The position numbers and the translations under genes were made by a program. A stretch of 64,000 nt of DNA. It comes from an uncultured bacterium (GTDB taxonomy: Bacteria; Armatimonadota; Abditibacteriia; Abditibacteriales; Abditibacteriaceae). Below the pieces are notes generated by a model, which was not told where the DNA came from, ran no database searches, and saw only the letters and a list, made by a program, of their open reading frames with translations. Shown here piece by piece: positions 51,553-62,432 of this stretch; positions within the stretch are counted from its first letter, which is position 1; each line of letters starts with the position of its first letter. The stretch covers positions 372,001 through 436,000 of the forward strand of contig CAWJLW010000006.1 in assembly GCA_963843795.1 (NCBI GenBank). The letters run 5' to 3'.

Positions 51553-53265
51553 TCAAACTTTGAGGAGCGCCGGTTGCGCATCGCGTGGTTTGGCTGTTGA
51601 ATTGGCGGCTGAGACTTGACCTTTGGGCGCATCTTCTCGTGCATCGACTGGGTGCAATGGGCAGGTAAAAATGAAAGCGGTGCAATCATTTTCTTTGAGT
51701 AAGGTGGGATACGATTCGTCGGCGGTGGAAAACGATTTCGAAGCGGGCGTGCCATCTTCGCGGCCTTCGATATAAATATCGCCCTTATGAGCTTGGGCGA
51801 TGGCGCGTACCGAAAGCAAGCCCAAACCAGTGCCTTCGATATTGCTGTGCGTGTCGAGACGGCCAAAGGGCACGAATAATTTTTGTGCCTGCGCGCGCGA
51901 GATTCCGCGCCCGTGTTTGCCACGATCAATAATTCCAATCAGCAAAGTTTTGTTGTGAGTTTTGTGAGCGATGCGAACCGGGCCATCGGAGTATTTGAGC
52001 GCGTTACCAATAAGGTTCATCAAAACGGTAATGAGTTTCATTTCGTCGGCGAACAGTTCGATATCGTCTTCGGGTAGTTCGATGGAACGGCCCGCGATGA
52101 ACTTGGGCTTTTGATATTGTGCGCCCGCTTCCACGATGCGGCGGAGTGAAACCGGCTTCAGTTCGACGGGAATGGGTTTGCCTTCCAAAACGCGCGTTTG
52201 CTCCATGAGCGAGAGGCGCAAATAATTGAGCATTTGCGCGCCATCGAGAATGATATCGGAAAATTCCAGTATGGTTTCGCGGTCGGGTTCGGAATTCTCG
52301 ACAAAATAGCGCAAGGTTTGCGCGCCGGTTTGCACGTTGGTCAGCGGATTACCCAAATCATGCACGATGCTGCCAATGGCCTGACTCAAAACGTGCAGCA
52401 TCGCTTCGGTGTGCTGTCGTTTGTCGCGTTCTTCATCGCGTTCGCGTTCCAGCAGATAAATTTCCAGAAATTCGCGCCGGTAATAGCGCTCGTTGCGCCC
52501 GCTAAAAAACCACTCGATGCCAAATAAGAAAGACAACAAAATGCCCAAAAAAACGTTCGCCGTCAGCGTGCTGGAAGAATTACTGGTTTCCGGCTCTGGA
52601 ATGGGAATTGGCTCGTCTTTCTTGAGATCGGAGTCAAGAGCTGCGAGATCGGAATCAAGGGCTGTAGGCGCTGTGGGTGCTATGGGCGAGCGCTTCGGAG
52701 GTGGTGAAGTTTCACCCGAAGGCGCGCGCGCGGTTATGGTAGAACGTCGCGACACCATACTGGTTTTTTGCATTTTCACCGTTGCGTTCCAACTCAAAAT
52801 CACGACCAGCGTTATCAAATAAAACGGCGGAATCCAACGGCGTTGCAAGCGCAAATAGCGGCGCATTCCCAGTGACAGCACGCAAATCGTTGAACCGATG
52901 GCGATGAGCACACCGATGTCGGAATCGTTAATAAAGCGAAAGAATAAAAGGCAAAGCAACGCTCCCACTGTCAGAAAAATGGCGCCCAAACCCAGCGGTT
53001 GCCACGGGCGCACGTAAGGTTCGTGGTGCAAACGCCACAGCACCGCACTGTTGCCCAACAAAGCCACCAGCGGTACGCAAGCCAGCGCGTATTGCTGCTG
53101 AAGCACGGAAACGACCGTCAACGCCGCGACAATCAGCACCAAAAACCATAATGTAATGCGGGCCATCGTGCGATGACGCGCGTAATAGTCGCGCTGAAAC
53201 TCGCTTTCGATAGCTTCGGGAAAGCGCAAACGGCGCAGGTCTTGTTGGTGTTCGGCAGAAAACAT
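51553..53265 (-). CDS. Membrane sensor histidine kinase
   Basis: About 6 TM; H-box HDLGNPL; NLIGNALKYS; DRG; GTGLGL. Confidence 0.9.
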   Translation of the reverse strand: MFSAEHQQDLRRLRFPEAIESEFQRDYYARHRTMARITLWFLVLIVAALTVVSVLQQQYALACVPLVALLGNSAVLWRLHHEPYVRPWQPLGLGAIFLTVGALLCLLFFRFINDSDIGVLIAIGSTICVLSLGMRRYLRLQRRWIPPFYLITLVVILSWNATVKMQKTSMVSRRSTITARAPSGETSPPPKRSPIAPTAPTALDSDLAALDSDLKKDEPIPIPEPETSNSSSTLTANVFLGILLSFLFGIEWFFSGRNERYYRREFLEIYLLERERDEERDKRQHTEAMLHVLSQAIGSIVHDLGNPLTNVQTGAQTLRYFVENSEPDRETILEFSDIILDGAQMLNYLRLSLMEQTRVLEGKPIPVELKPVSLRRIVEAGAQYQKPKFIAGRSIELPEDDIELFADEMKLITVLMNLIGNALKYSDGPVRIAHKTHNKTLLIGIIDRGKHGRGISRAQAQKLFVPFGRLDTHSNIEGTGLGLLSVRAIAQAHKGDIYIEGREDGTPASKSFSTADESYPTLLKENDCTAFIFTCPLHPVDAREDAPKGQVSAANSTAKPRDAQPALLKV

Positions 53266-53354
53266 GGTTTTAAATCAATGCGGTAGGAAACTTTGTATCG
53301 ATGCGGAAGTTCGTTCCCCGGTTGCCGCAATTCCCTTTCTATTATGAAACAAAA

Positions 53355-53392
53355 CGGCCCAGCAAGTACTTGCGCAAGTACTTGCTGGGCCG
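53355..53392. repeat. 38-bp perfect palindrome with two tandem cores
   Basis: cggccca-gcaagtacttgc-gcaagtacttgc-tgggccg. Confidence 0.9.
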
Positions 53393-53425
53393 CTGTTAAG
53401 CTTTAAAATGAACGGGCGAAGGTTT

Positions 53426-54292
53426 TCAGGCCAACACAAGTTCGTGTTCGTGTCGACTTTCGCGTTGGTGTATTATAGCTTCAAGCGAATTGAGTTCGCT
53501 GGGCGGGGTTCCGGTCAATTCTTCGATCAGATCGTCGTGCGTCAGAGAATCAAGCGATGCGACAATTTTGCCGGGCGTATAAGCGTAGTTGGCCAGATGC
53601 TCGGTTTTGGTCGAGCCGCTGAGAACCAGCACGGTTTGATAGCCCATTTGCACGCCGCCCAGAATATCGGTTTCCATCGTATCGCCGATCATGATGGTAT
53701 GTTCGGCATCCAAGCCCAGTTCTTTGCGCGCATCGCGCATCATGACAGGACTCGGTTTGCCGACCGAAAACGCTTTGACGCCGCTGGCCGCTTCGATCAT
53801 CGAAACAATTGCGCCGCAACCGGGCCGCGTGCCTTTGCTGGTCGGGCAGTTCGGATCCATATTCGTTGCCACCAGTTTCGCGCCTTTGATGACCAGGTTA
53901 AGCGCGGTTTCGATCATCTCATAAGACAGCGTGCGGCCTTCGCCGATAACGACGAAATCGGGGTCTTTATCGACGACTGCGTAGCCGTGACGGTGCAGAG
54001 CGTTGAGCAAACCGCCTTCGCCAATGACATACGCGGTTCCGTTGGGCTTCTGGCGCGCCAGAAAACGTGCGGTCGCCATCGCACAAGTGAAAACGTGTTC
54101 TTCGCCGACATTGATGCCCAACTGCCGCAATTTGAAAGCGATGTCGCGCCGCGTGCGCTGGCTATTGTTGGTCAAAAACAGGAATGGTACGCCCGCTTCC
54201 TGCAGTTCTTCGATAAAGCGTTGAGCGCCGGGAATAAGCTGGCTGTCGCGGTAAACCACGCCATCCATATCAATTAAATATCCAAAATTCAT
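53426..54292 (-). CDS. HAD-IIA family hydrolase (NagD-like)
   Basis: LIDMDGVVY, LTNNS, GKPS, IGDTMETDI. Confidence 0.92.
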   Translation of the reverse strand: MNFGYLIDMDGVVYRDSQLIPGAQRFIEELQEAGVPFLFLTNNSQRTRRDIAFKLRQLGINVGEEHVFTCAMATARFLARQKPNGTAYVIGEGGLLNALHRHGYAVVDKDPDFVVIGEGRTLSYEMIETALNLVIKGAKLVATNMDPNCPTSKGTRPGCGAIVSMIEAASGVKAFSVGKPSPVMMRDARKELGLDAEHTIMIGDTMETDILGGVQMGYQTVLVLSGSTKTEHLANYAYTPGKIVASLDSLTHDDLIEELTGTPPSELNSLEAIIHQRESRHEHELVLA

Positions 54293-54573
54293 TGTCCACC
54301 TCATGTCACAAACAAATCTGCATCGCAATTGATGCAACGCTATACAAGTTAGCGCACGAGTGTGACAAAAAGATTTCCGACGCTTGAATTCGCGGTGACT
54401 TTTGTGAAGAAAAGGTGAAGAAAAGGCCTTGTGAGCTAATGGCTGCAAGTAATTGCCGGAGGTTTTATCAGTTTCACGACAGCAAAATTGTCAGAGACCC
54501 ACACTCTACGATTTTCACAAAAAAGCGACGCTGCAAGTACTTACAGCGTCGCTTTCGGTATTAATAGCAAATT

Positions 54574-55956
54574 TTAACGTCCGCCCAAACCGCTGAGCGA
54601 TACGCCTTCGATGAAGTAGCGTTGGGTGAAGAAGAAGAGCACGATAATCGGCAAGACAACCAGCGTCGAGGCCGCCATCAATAATCCGGGTTCGCCACCG
54701 TGCTGCTGCTGATACAATTGCAGCGCATAAGACAGCGTCATTTTGTCGGGCGAGGACAAGTAAATCAGCGGGCCTTGAAAACTGTTCCAGGCGCCCATCA
54801 CGCTCATGATGCCAATCGCGGCCAGCGCGGGTTTGACTTGTGGCAGCATGATGCGCCACCATGTTCCCAGTGGCCCACTGCCGTCGATTTTGGCGGCGTC
54901 TTCGAGTTCGTTGGGAATCGACATGAAGAACTGGCGCAGCAGGAAGATATTGAAGGGCGCTCCGAAAAACGCGGGCACCCACAACGGTTTCAGCGTATCA
55001 ATCCAGCCCAGCGAGCGAAAAATCAGGAACTGAGGCATCATTGTGACCGCGCCCGGAATCATCATCGTGGCCAACAAAACCACGAACAACAAATCGCGGC
55101 CGGGCCACACCAAACGCGAAAACGCATAGGCCACGAGCGACGAAGAAAGCAAGGTTCCGATGACGGTCATCAGGGTAAGAAACAGCGTGTTGCCTAAAAA
55201 GGTAAGGCCGTAGTGCGTTTCGGGCGGCAGAAATTCGAGTGCCTCCGAATAGTTTTTCCAACGCGGCGCGGCCTGACGAATTTTCGCCAGTTCGCCGCGA
55301 TTGGCGGTAAACGCTTTGCCGTCGGCCTTCACCTGCGTGCCGTCAAGCGCCATTGAAATCGGCTGCACCCGAATTTCGCCAGAAGGCAAATCGGCGACTT
55401 CGGCGACTTGAATCGGCTGGCCTTCCTTTGGTGTTTCGCCCAACGTTACGCTATCCATTGGCGCTTCGCCCTTGAAATAATATGAAAGTGGAGCCGGGTC
55501 ACCTTCGGTGTTTTTCAACGTATCGGCAGTGACTTGCTGAGTCGGGATCCAAACCGGCGGAAAGACCGCTTGCTCATCGTCAGATTTCAACGAAGTCGAA
55601 ATCAACCAGGCAAAGGGAATTAAAAACAGGAACGAACCGGCCAGCAAAGCGGCGTGCGAAGTCGAAAGCTTCACGACTTCCGCTCGTGTGTCTTTGTTGC
55701 TCGTTAATTTTCTGAGTGCGAAAAACGAAGGCAGCGCGCCTACGAACGCAACCAAACCGATGATAACCGGATTCATCATCGTGACCGCAACGAGCCACGC
55801 GATCATCAGCACGATGCTCATAATCAGCAAAGGCATCATGTCTTTGGTAAAGCCCCGATCTTTGGTGGCGCGAAAAATCGCAATCGGCACGCTCAGTATC
55901 AGCACGGCGCCGACAATTCCCACAGCGATAGCAATGAGCCAGATTAAAGCGTTCAT
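54574..55956 (-). CDS. Carbohydrate ABC transporter permease with extra N-terminal TM segments
   Basis: AYAFSRL, ELEDAAKIDG (EAA loop), FFTQRYFIEG. Confidence 0.9.
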   Translation of the reverse strand: MNALIWLIAIAVGIVGAVLILSVPIAIFRATKDRGFTKDMMPLLIMSIVLMIAWLVAVTMMNPVIIGLVAFVGALPSFFALRKLTSNKDTRAEVVKLSTSHAALLAGSFLFLIPFAWLISTSLKSDDEQAVFPPVWIPTQQVTADTLKNTEGDPAPLSYYFKGEAPMDSVTLGETPKEGQPIQVAEVADLPSGEIRVQPISMALDGTQVKADGKAFTANRGELAKIRQAAPRWKNYSEALEFLPPETHYGLTFLGNTLFLTLMTVIGTLLSSSLVAYAFSRLVWPGRDLLFVVLLATMMIPGAVTMMPQFLIFRSLGWIDTLKPLWVPAFFGAPFNIFLLRQFFMSIPNELEDAAKIDGSGPLGTWWRIMLPQVKPALAAIGIMSVMGAWNSFQGPLIYLSSPDKMTLSYALQLYQQQHGGEPGLLMAASTLVVLPIIVLFFFTQRYFIEGVSLSGLGGR

Positions 55957-56000
55957 AATTGAATGGCGCCCTGCAAGTACTTGCAAGACAATTTTTAAAA

Positions 56001-58518
56001 TTATTTCTTTTCGCTTTCGTAGTGAACCCAGTGTTTCTGTGCCCACAATTGCACCAGCGCGAGCGCTAAGATGACCACGAAAACGACCCACGCAATCGCG
56101 CTGGCGTAGCCCATTTTGAAGAAGCGGAAAGCGTTATTGAACAAATACAACACCGGTACCAACAATGAATCCAATGGCCCGGCGCTGCCGCTGCCACCAC
56201 CCAGCACGTATACGCGGTCGAACTCTTGCAGCGCGCCGATGGTTCCCATAATCAGATTGAAAAAGATATACGGCGAAAGCATTGGAAGGGTAATATGACG
56301 GAACTGTGCCCAACCTTTGGCGCCATCAATTTGTGCGGCTTCGTACAACGTTGGCGGAATGCCCTGCAAACCGGCCAGCCACAAAATCATGCCGCCGCCT
56401 GCGCCCCACAAACCCTGAACAATCAGGCCCGGTTTGGCCCAATCGGCCACGCCGAACCAGCCCGGCGGCAGCCAACCGAACCATTGGGTGAGGGTCGCCT
56501 GCCACAGCGCATTCAATAAACCTTTGTTGGGGTCGCCCGCCAAAATCCACGCCCACAAAACCGCTGAGGCAATCGAGGGCACAATCGAAGGAATGTAAAA
56601 CGCAGTGCGATACCAGGGCATTCCCTTCAAATTCTGGTTCAACAACATCGCGATGCCAAGGCCGGTCGCCATGCCCAGAGGAATGCCAATCACCGAAAGA
56701 TAAGCCGCGTTATAAAACGCTTTGCCGATCAATTCTCGGTCGTCACCGAACAGGGTTTGAAAGTTCGCCATACCCGACATAACGCGGTGCGTGGAGAACA
56801 TCATAATCACAAAACGCCAGCAGAATCGAAGCAATAATTGGCCCGGCAGTCAGAATGAGAAAGCCCAGAATCCACGGACTCGCCATCAGATATCCGGCCC
56901 ACGCTTCTTGCTTGGCCATTGGCGAAGTGCCGACTTGCTGGCGCACACGCACACCGGCAAACGCTAAAGCGCATAGCGAAAGCAAACCGATGATCGCGAC
57001 CGGCGCTTTGAAATCGAACAGCGGCAAATGTTCGCGCTGGAACGATTTGTCAAGCTCTTTCTGCACCAATTTCTGCTGTTCTTCGAGCGCGGCTTTGGGG
57101 GTTTGAACGTGCTGACAGGCGCGCTCGAAAGCGCGCACATGAGCGTCCCACAGGGTCTGACCGATAAATGTGACCGGACGGTATTTGGCAACCGGAAGCA
57201 GGTCGATAAAGGTTTGCTGCGCCATCTTCAAACGCGGATTCGAGGGCGCGAAATCTTTCAACAAACGCGCGTTCACCTGCGGAGAAGCGGTGAGGCTAAA
57301 CACGAACGGGCGACCTTTTTTGCGGTTGAACTCTTTTTGTTTTTGTGCGCCCAGCAGCGCGGCTTCCGTGCTGCTCATCCATTTGAGGAAACGCCACGAT
57401 TCCTGAGGATGACGCGCGCCGCGCGGAATCGCCAGCGAATAACCGCCCGTCCAGGTAATGAATTCCGGCTCGCCCTTGAAACGACCGGTTTGCTCTAAAC
57501 GCTCTTTGGGAACTGGCGCGGGCGCGATGCCGAAATCCAAATCCGGCGCATAACGCGCGATGGCGTCCAAATTCCAGGAACCATTGATGACCATGCCGAT
57601 TTTGCCGGTGAAAAATGGGTCTTGCGCTTCGCCCTGAAAACCAGATTGGAAAATGTTAACTTTATCGTAGCCGCCCAACATATCGTAAAAGTTGGCCATA
57701 TATTGCAGCGCACCGACCGATTGCGGGTTGGCGAGCGTGCATTTGCGGCCATCTTCGCTCATGAATTCGCCGCCATTTTGCCACGAATACAGATAAAGCC
57801 ACGAGTTGCCATAGTTGGGAATAAAGCCGATATGCTCGAAGCCGCCGTTGGGCGTGAGTTTGGTCAGCTTTTTGGCGAATTGTTGCAATTCTTCCCAGGT
57901 GCGCGGCGGTTTGTCGGGATCAAGGCCAGCAGCACGGAACATTTTGCGATTGTAAAACAATGCGCGGTCGTCGATGCCGCTGGGAATTCCATAAATGTGA
58001 CCCTTGTACATCGCCTCGTTCCACGCTGCCGGGTAAAAGCGGTCTTTACCCAGCGCTTCGGGCCCGGTTTCCTGCTTGAGAAATTCGTCCAGCGGCTCGA
58101 AGGCATCGCGCGAAGCCCAGTCGCCAATTGTAAAACGATCTTGGCTGATCAAATCTGGCGGCACGCCACCGACAATCGAAGTCATCAATTTCTGCGGGTT
58201 CATCGAACCCGCTCCCATCGACAGCAAAGACACTTCGATATCAGGATTTCGCTTTTCAAACTCGGCGACTTGGGCGTCCAAAGCTGCGGTTTCTGGCCCC
58301 GATTGCAAACCCCACACGATGAGCTTAGTGCGTTTTGTTTCCTGCGCTTGCGCGAAATGGGTGCAGCAGAAAATCGTAACCAACACGATAAAAACGCTTT
58401 GCAAATAAGTACATGGCAAGTACTTGCCAAGCGTTTTTGAACCGTAGGAACGCCCGGGCGGCGCTGCAAGTACTTGCGAGACGCAAGGGAAGCGAAGTGA
58501 TGAAGAATCGAATTTCAT
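56001..58518 (-). CDS. Fused extracellular solute-binding protein plus sugar ABC permease (frameshift ~56775)
   Basis: SBP motifs (PPDL, LFYNRKMF, PPRTWEEL) run in frame into permease TM1 (AGYLMASPWILGF); remainder (LYEAAQIDGA, MGYASA) in 56001-56834; start codon uncertain. Confidence 0.82.
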
Positions 58519-58585
58519 AGGCGAAGATTGAACAGCAGTTTATATCACATTAGCTGAATATTAGCAGCAGGTTTCCCGACAGTTT

Positions 58586-59239
58586 TCACGCGATAGTATA
58601 GGCGACTGCCTGATGCATTTCGCCACAATGCGGGCAGGCACGTACCGTTTCGCCCAGCGTGTTCTGGGTCTCGAACTTTTGTTGCGGCCCCATATAACCG
58701 CACGATTCGCAGGTCGCCCAGCCCGGCGGCGCGATTTCTTCGCTTGAGGTTTCTCCGTCATCAGTGCTCTGGCGCGCTTGATGATCGTAGCTATAAACGC
58801 GGCGCAGTTGTGCCATCACGTTATAAACCATCAGTCTGGTGTTCCAAGGCGCAACGATAAAAGCGTCGGCGCCTTCCTGCAAACTTTTCCGCTCCGAATT
58901 GGTGTCGCGCGACTTTCCCATCATAATAATCGGCACCGTGCTTTTCTTGCGTATCTGATGACAAACGTGAAAACCTTCGGTGTCGGGCAGTGCAACGCTG
59001 ATTAAAATTAAGTCGGGATTGTCTTGTTCAAAAATTGCCCAGCCTTGAGCGCCGCTGGAAGCGTGATGGCAATCGGCAACGCGCGCTAACAGCGTGCTCA
59101 TGGTTTGTACTAAATCGGCATCGTTTTCGATAATTAAGATGTGGAAACGCTTTTGCGGCGTCGGTGCAGTTTCCTGTGGGGCTTTAATCGTCGGAAGTGA
59201 AGAAACCTTGGAAGCATCGGAATTAATCGGAGAACTCAT
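58586..59239 (-). CDS. Atypical receiver-domain protein with C-terminal zinc ribbon
   Basis: HILIIEND...PDLILISVALPD...VPIIMM...GADAFI; CESCG...CPHCG. Confidence 0.78.
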   Translation of the reverse strand: MSSPINSDASKVSSLPTIKAPQETAPTPQKRFHILIIENDADLVQTMSTLLARVADCHHASSGAQGWAIFEQDNPDLILISVALPDTEGFHVCHQIRKKSTVPIIMMGKSRDTNSERKSLQEGADAFIVAPWNTRLMVYNVMAQLRRVYSYDHQARQSTDDGETSSEEIAPPGWATCESCGYMGPQQKFETQNTLGETVRACPHCGEMHQAVAYTIA

Positions 59240-59512
59240 AACAATAGTTTGCCCGTATCGGCACGCTTTGAATCGCTGTCCAGGGCCTTGGCAAGTACTT
59301 GCTGAAGCGAAGATGCGCGTTGGATTTGTCGAAAGTAGGTGCATTAGGTTAAAATTGAGGAGTTTGTCCGGCGATATTTTGGTAATGAAACGAAAGTATC
59401 GCGCGTGGCGCTGCAATGAAAACGGCCCTGCAAGTACTTGCATCAAGTATCGAGGGCAAGGAATTGCGAGCCGGGCGCGAGAAAAGACCGGACGCGAAAT
59501 AACGGAGAAAAT

Positions 59513-60818
59513 ATGGGTTCGTTAGTAGTCGTAGGCGCGCAGTGGGGCGATGAAGGCAAAGGCCGCATCGTCGATTTATTGGCCCAACGCGCCGATGTCG
59601 TGGTGCGCTTTCAGGGCGGCGCCAATGCCGGTCACACCATCGTCGTCGATGGTGTCGAATATATTTTGCACTTGATTCCATCTGGTATCGTGCGCGGCAA
59701 AACTTGTCTCGTCGGCAATGGCGTCGTGCTCGATTTGAGCGCCCTGTTTGAAGAAATGGCACAAGTCGAAAAACAGGGCATTTCCTTAGAAGGAAAATTG
59801 TTCGTTTCCGACCGCGCGCATCTCACTTTGCCGTATCATCGTTTGCTGGACGCGGCGCGCGAAGCCGACAACAAGTCGCGCAAAATTGGCACCACGATGC
59901 GCGGCATCGGCCCGACTTACGTCGATAAAATGATGCGCATTGGCGTTCGGGTGTGCGACTTGTTCGATCAGGAACTATTAGAAGAAAAAATCGCCGCCAA
60001 CTGGGAAGAAAAAACTCACGGATTGCGTCATCTCACGCCCCAACAGCGCCCACATCCCGGCGAAGTGCTGCAAACTTATCTCGAATACGCCGAAAAGCTC
60101 AAACCCTTTGTCACTGATGGCAGCGTTTTGTTAGACGAAGCGCGGCGCGCGGGCAAAAATATTTTGTTTGAAGGCGCGCAGGGCACTGGTTTAGATATTG
60201 ATTTCGGTACTTATCCGTATGTGACAAGTTCCAACACCATCGCGGGCGGCGCTTGCAACGGTTCGGGTATGGGACCCGACGCACATCGACCACGTCACCG
60301 GCATCGCCAAAGCCTACACCACGCGCGTAGGCGAAGGTCCGTTTCCGACCTTGATGGCCGAAGGCATCGAAGAAAAATGTCGCCAAATCGGTCAGGAATT
60401 CGGCGCCACGACGGGCCGTAAACGCTTGTGCGGTTGGTTCGATGCGGTTCTGGTGCGCCACGCCGCGCGCATCAATGGTCTGACCAGCCTGATTATCACC
60501 AAGTTAGATGTGTTGGATTCGTTCGAGGAAATTCAACTTTGCACCGGCTACAAACGCGGTGACGAAACCGTCACGCATTTTCCGGCTTCGCTGCGCGTTT
60601 TGGGCGAATGTGAACCGGTTTATGAAACCATGCCCGGCTGGAAATGTTCGACTGAAGAAGCGCGCACTTTCGACGATTTGCCGGAGAATGCGCAGAATTA
60701 TATTCGTCGCATCGAAGAAATTTGCGATGTTCCCGTTGCGCTCATTTCGGTCGGCCCTTCTCGCGAAAGCTATGTGATGCTCGATGAATCGCTGTTGAAT
60801 TATAGCTTTGAAAAATAG
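59513..60818 (+). CDS. purA: Adenylosuccinate synthetase (frameshift ~60275)
   Basis: QWGDEGKG, GGANAGHT, FEGAQG, YPYVTSS, EFGATTGRKR, TKLDVLD. Confidence 0.96.
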
Positions 60819-61053
60819 AAGTGGGCTGCAAGTACTTGCAGCGCATCTCGACACTTGAAATCGGATATCCGCCCCAAGCGGATATTCGATTTTTTATTTT
60901 GCGGGTGTTTTTAGTCGTTATTTAGTTGCGATTTCAATTTTCTAAAAACTAAAAATTATCATGGTATAATCAAGCGGAAGAACCTTTGTGCAGAGTTAAT
61001 CGCGAGAGTTTTGCCGGGAAGCAGCGTGATTTTTACTGAGGGAATTGAACGTA

Positions 61054-62112
61054 ATGTCTGATGATTCGTTGCTGGCCTCCAAGATTCTGATCGTCGATGA
61101 CGATGCGAGCATTCTTCATCTGTGCGAAAACATATTACGCATGGCGGGTTATCGCAACATTAAAACTACGCTTGATCCACGCGGAGTTTTGGCACATTTC
61201 GTCGAGGACGACCCTGATATCATGATTATCAATGTCATGATGCCGCATTTGGATGGTTTGCAGCTTTTGAATTTGCTGCGTGCCTCGACGCTCGATAGTC
61301 ACGCGATGCCAATTTTGATGACAACCGCCCTGCCGACTGCCGAAAGGCGTCGGAGAGCTTTGGACGGAGGCGCAGTCGATCTGATTGCCAAACCGTTCGA
61401 TATCGAAGATTTCATCCTTCGCGTGCGCAATTTGCTTCAAATTCGTCTGGCTTTTCGCGAAATGCAAGAGCAAAACCATGTTTTGTTCAAAGAGCTTATC
61501 GAGCGCACCGACGAGCTGGCACTCTACCAATTGGAATTGAAAGAAGCGCAGTTGGAAGTTATCGCGCGATTGGCTTTGGCAGGTGAAAAACACGATGACG
61601 ACACGGGCAAACACACGCAGCGCGTGGCCGCGACTTCGGCTCTGCTCGCTCAGGGCTTGGGCCTTGCTCCGGACAAGGTGGAAATCATCCAACGCGCCGC
61701 GCCCCTGCACGATGTCGGAAAAATCGGCGTCCCCGATTCCATTCTGCGCAAACCCGGCAAACTGACTGCTGTGGAATTTCAATGCATACAGCAGCACTGC
61801 CAGCTTGGCTCGGAACTGCTTTCGGGCGGACGTTCGGAAATTGTGCAACTGGCCGAACGCATCGCCCTGAGCCATCACGAAAAATGGGACGGTGGCGGTT
61901 ATCCACGAGGATTGCAAAAAGAAGAGATTCCTCTTGAAGGCCGTATTTTGGCCGTCGCGGATGTTTTCGACGCTCTCACCCACGAACGTCCTTATAAACA
62001 CGCGTGGTCAATTATTGAAGCCACCGCAGAAATCCGCCGCCAATCCGGTTACCAGTTCGACCCCAAAATCGTCGATTCTTTTCTCGAATTGCCCCACGCT
62101 GATTTAGTGTGA
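61054..62112 (+). CDS. Receiver plus HD-GYP phosphodiesterase (RpfG-like)
   Basis: ILIVDDD receiver; HDVGKIG, HHEKWDGGGYP, ADVFDALT..RPYK, QFDP. Confidence 0.92.
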   Translation: MSDDSLLASKILIVDDDASILHLCENILRMAGYRNIKTTLDPRGVLAHFVEDDPDIMIINVMMPHLDGLQLLNLLRASTLDSHAMPILMTTALPTAERRRRALDGGAVDLIAKPFDIEDFILRVRNLLQIRLAFREMQEQNHVLFKELIERTDELALYQLELKEAQLEVIARLALAGEKHDDDTGKHTQRVAATSALLAQGLGLAPDKVEIIQRAAPLHDVGKIGVPDSILRKPGKLTAVEFQCIQQHCQLGSELLSGGRSEIVQLAERIALSHHEKWDGGGYPRGLQKEEIPLEGRILAVADVFDALTHERPYKHAWSIIEATAEIRRQSGYQFDPKIVDSFLELPHADLV

Positions 62113-62128
62113 AACCCATTTTTCCGAT

Positions 62129-62164
62129 AGAAACGCCGCTGCAAGTACTTGCAGCGGCGTTTCT
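62129..62164 (+). terminator. 36-bp perfect palindrome centred on the core motif, after the HD-GYP gene
   Basis: agaaacgccgct-gcaagtacttgc-agcggcgtttct. Confidence 0.6.
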
Positions 62165-62432
62165 CATTGACTTTTGAAGCGTATGGTTGAGAGTAAGTGC
62201 AGATTGAATTGGTGAATGGGTACAAACAGAAATCTTCAATGCTCGCCAACGCGAGCTAAAGGAAAAGCGGCGCGTTTTGTTTCCGATTCGTCTGACACCG
62301 TTTGAAACGCTACGCAAATGGAAAGCTTTTGACAGCGATACGGGCTGCGATATGGCGCGCGAAATCCGCAAGTACTTGCAGGGCGCATTTTTTGCATTTA
62401 AGCGCGCCGATTAACAAGGGAAGTGGAATATT

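Noticed and set aside
119..60300. About 20 split genes as pseudogenes or programmed frameshifts (pilC, pilD, ftsK, leuC, purA, ABC fusion, pilins)
   Set aside because: They affect housekeeping genes with otherwise intact motifs, and the ones I traced are single-base indels, often in short runs; most likely sequencing or assembly errors
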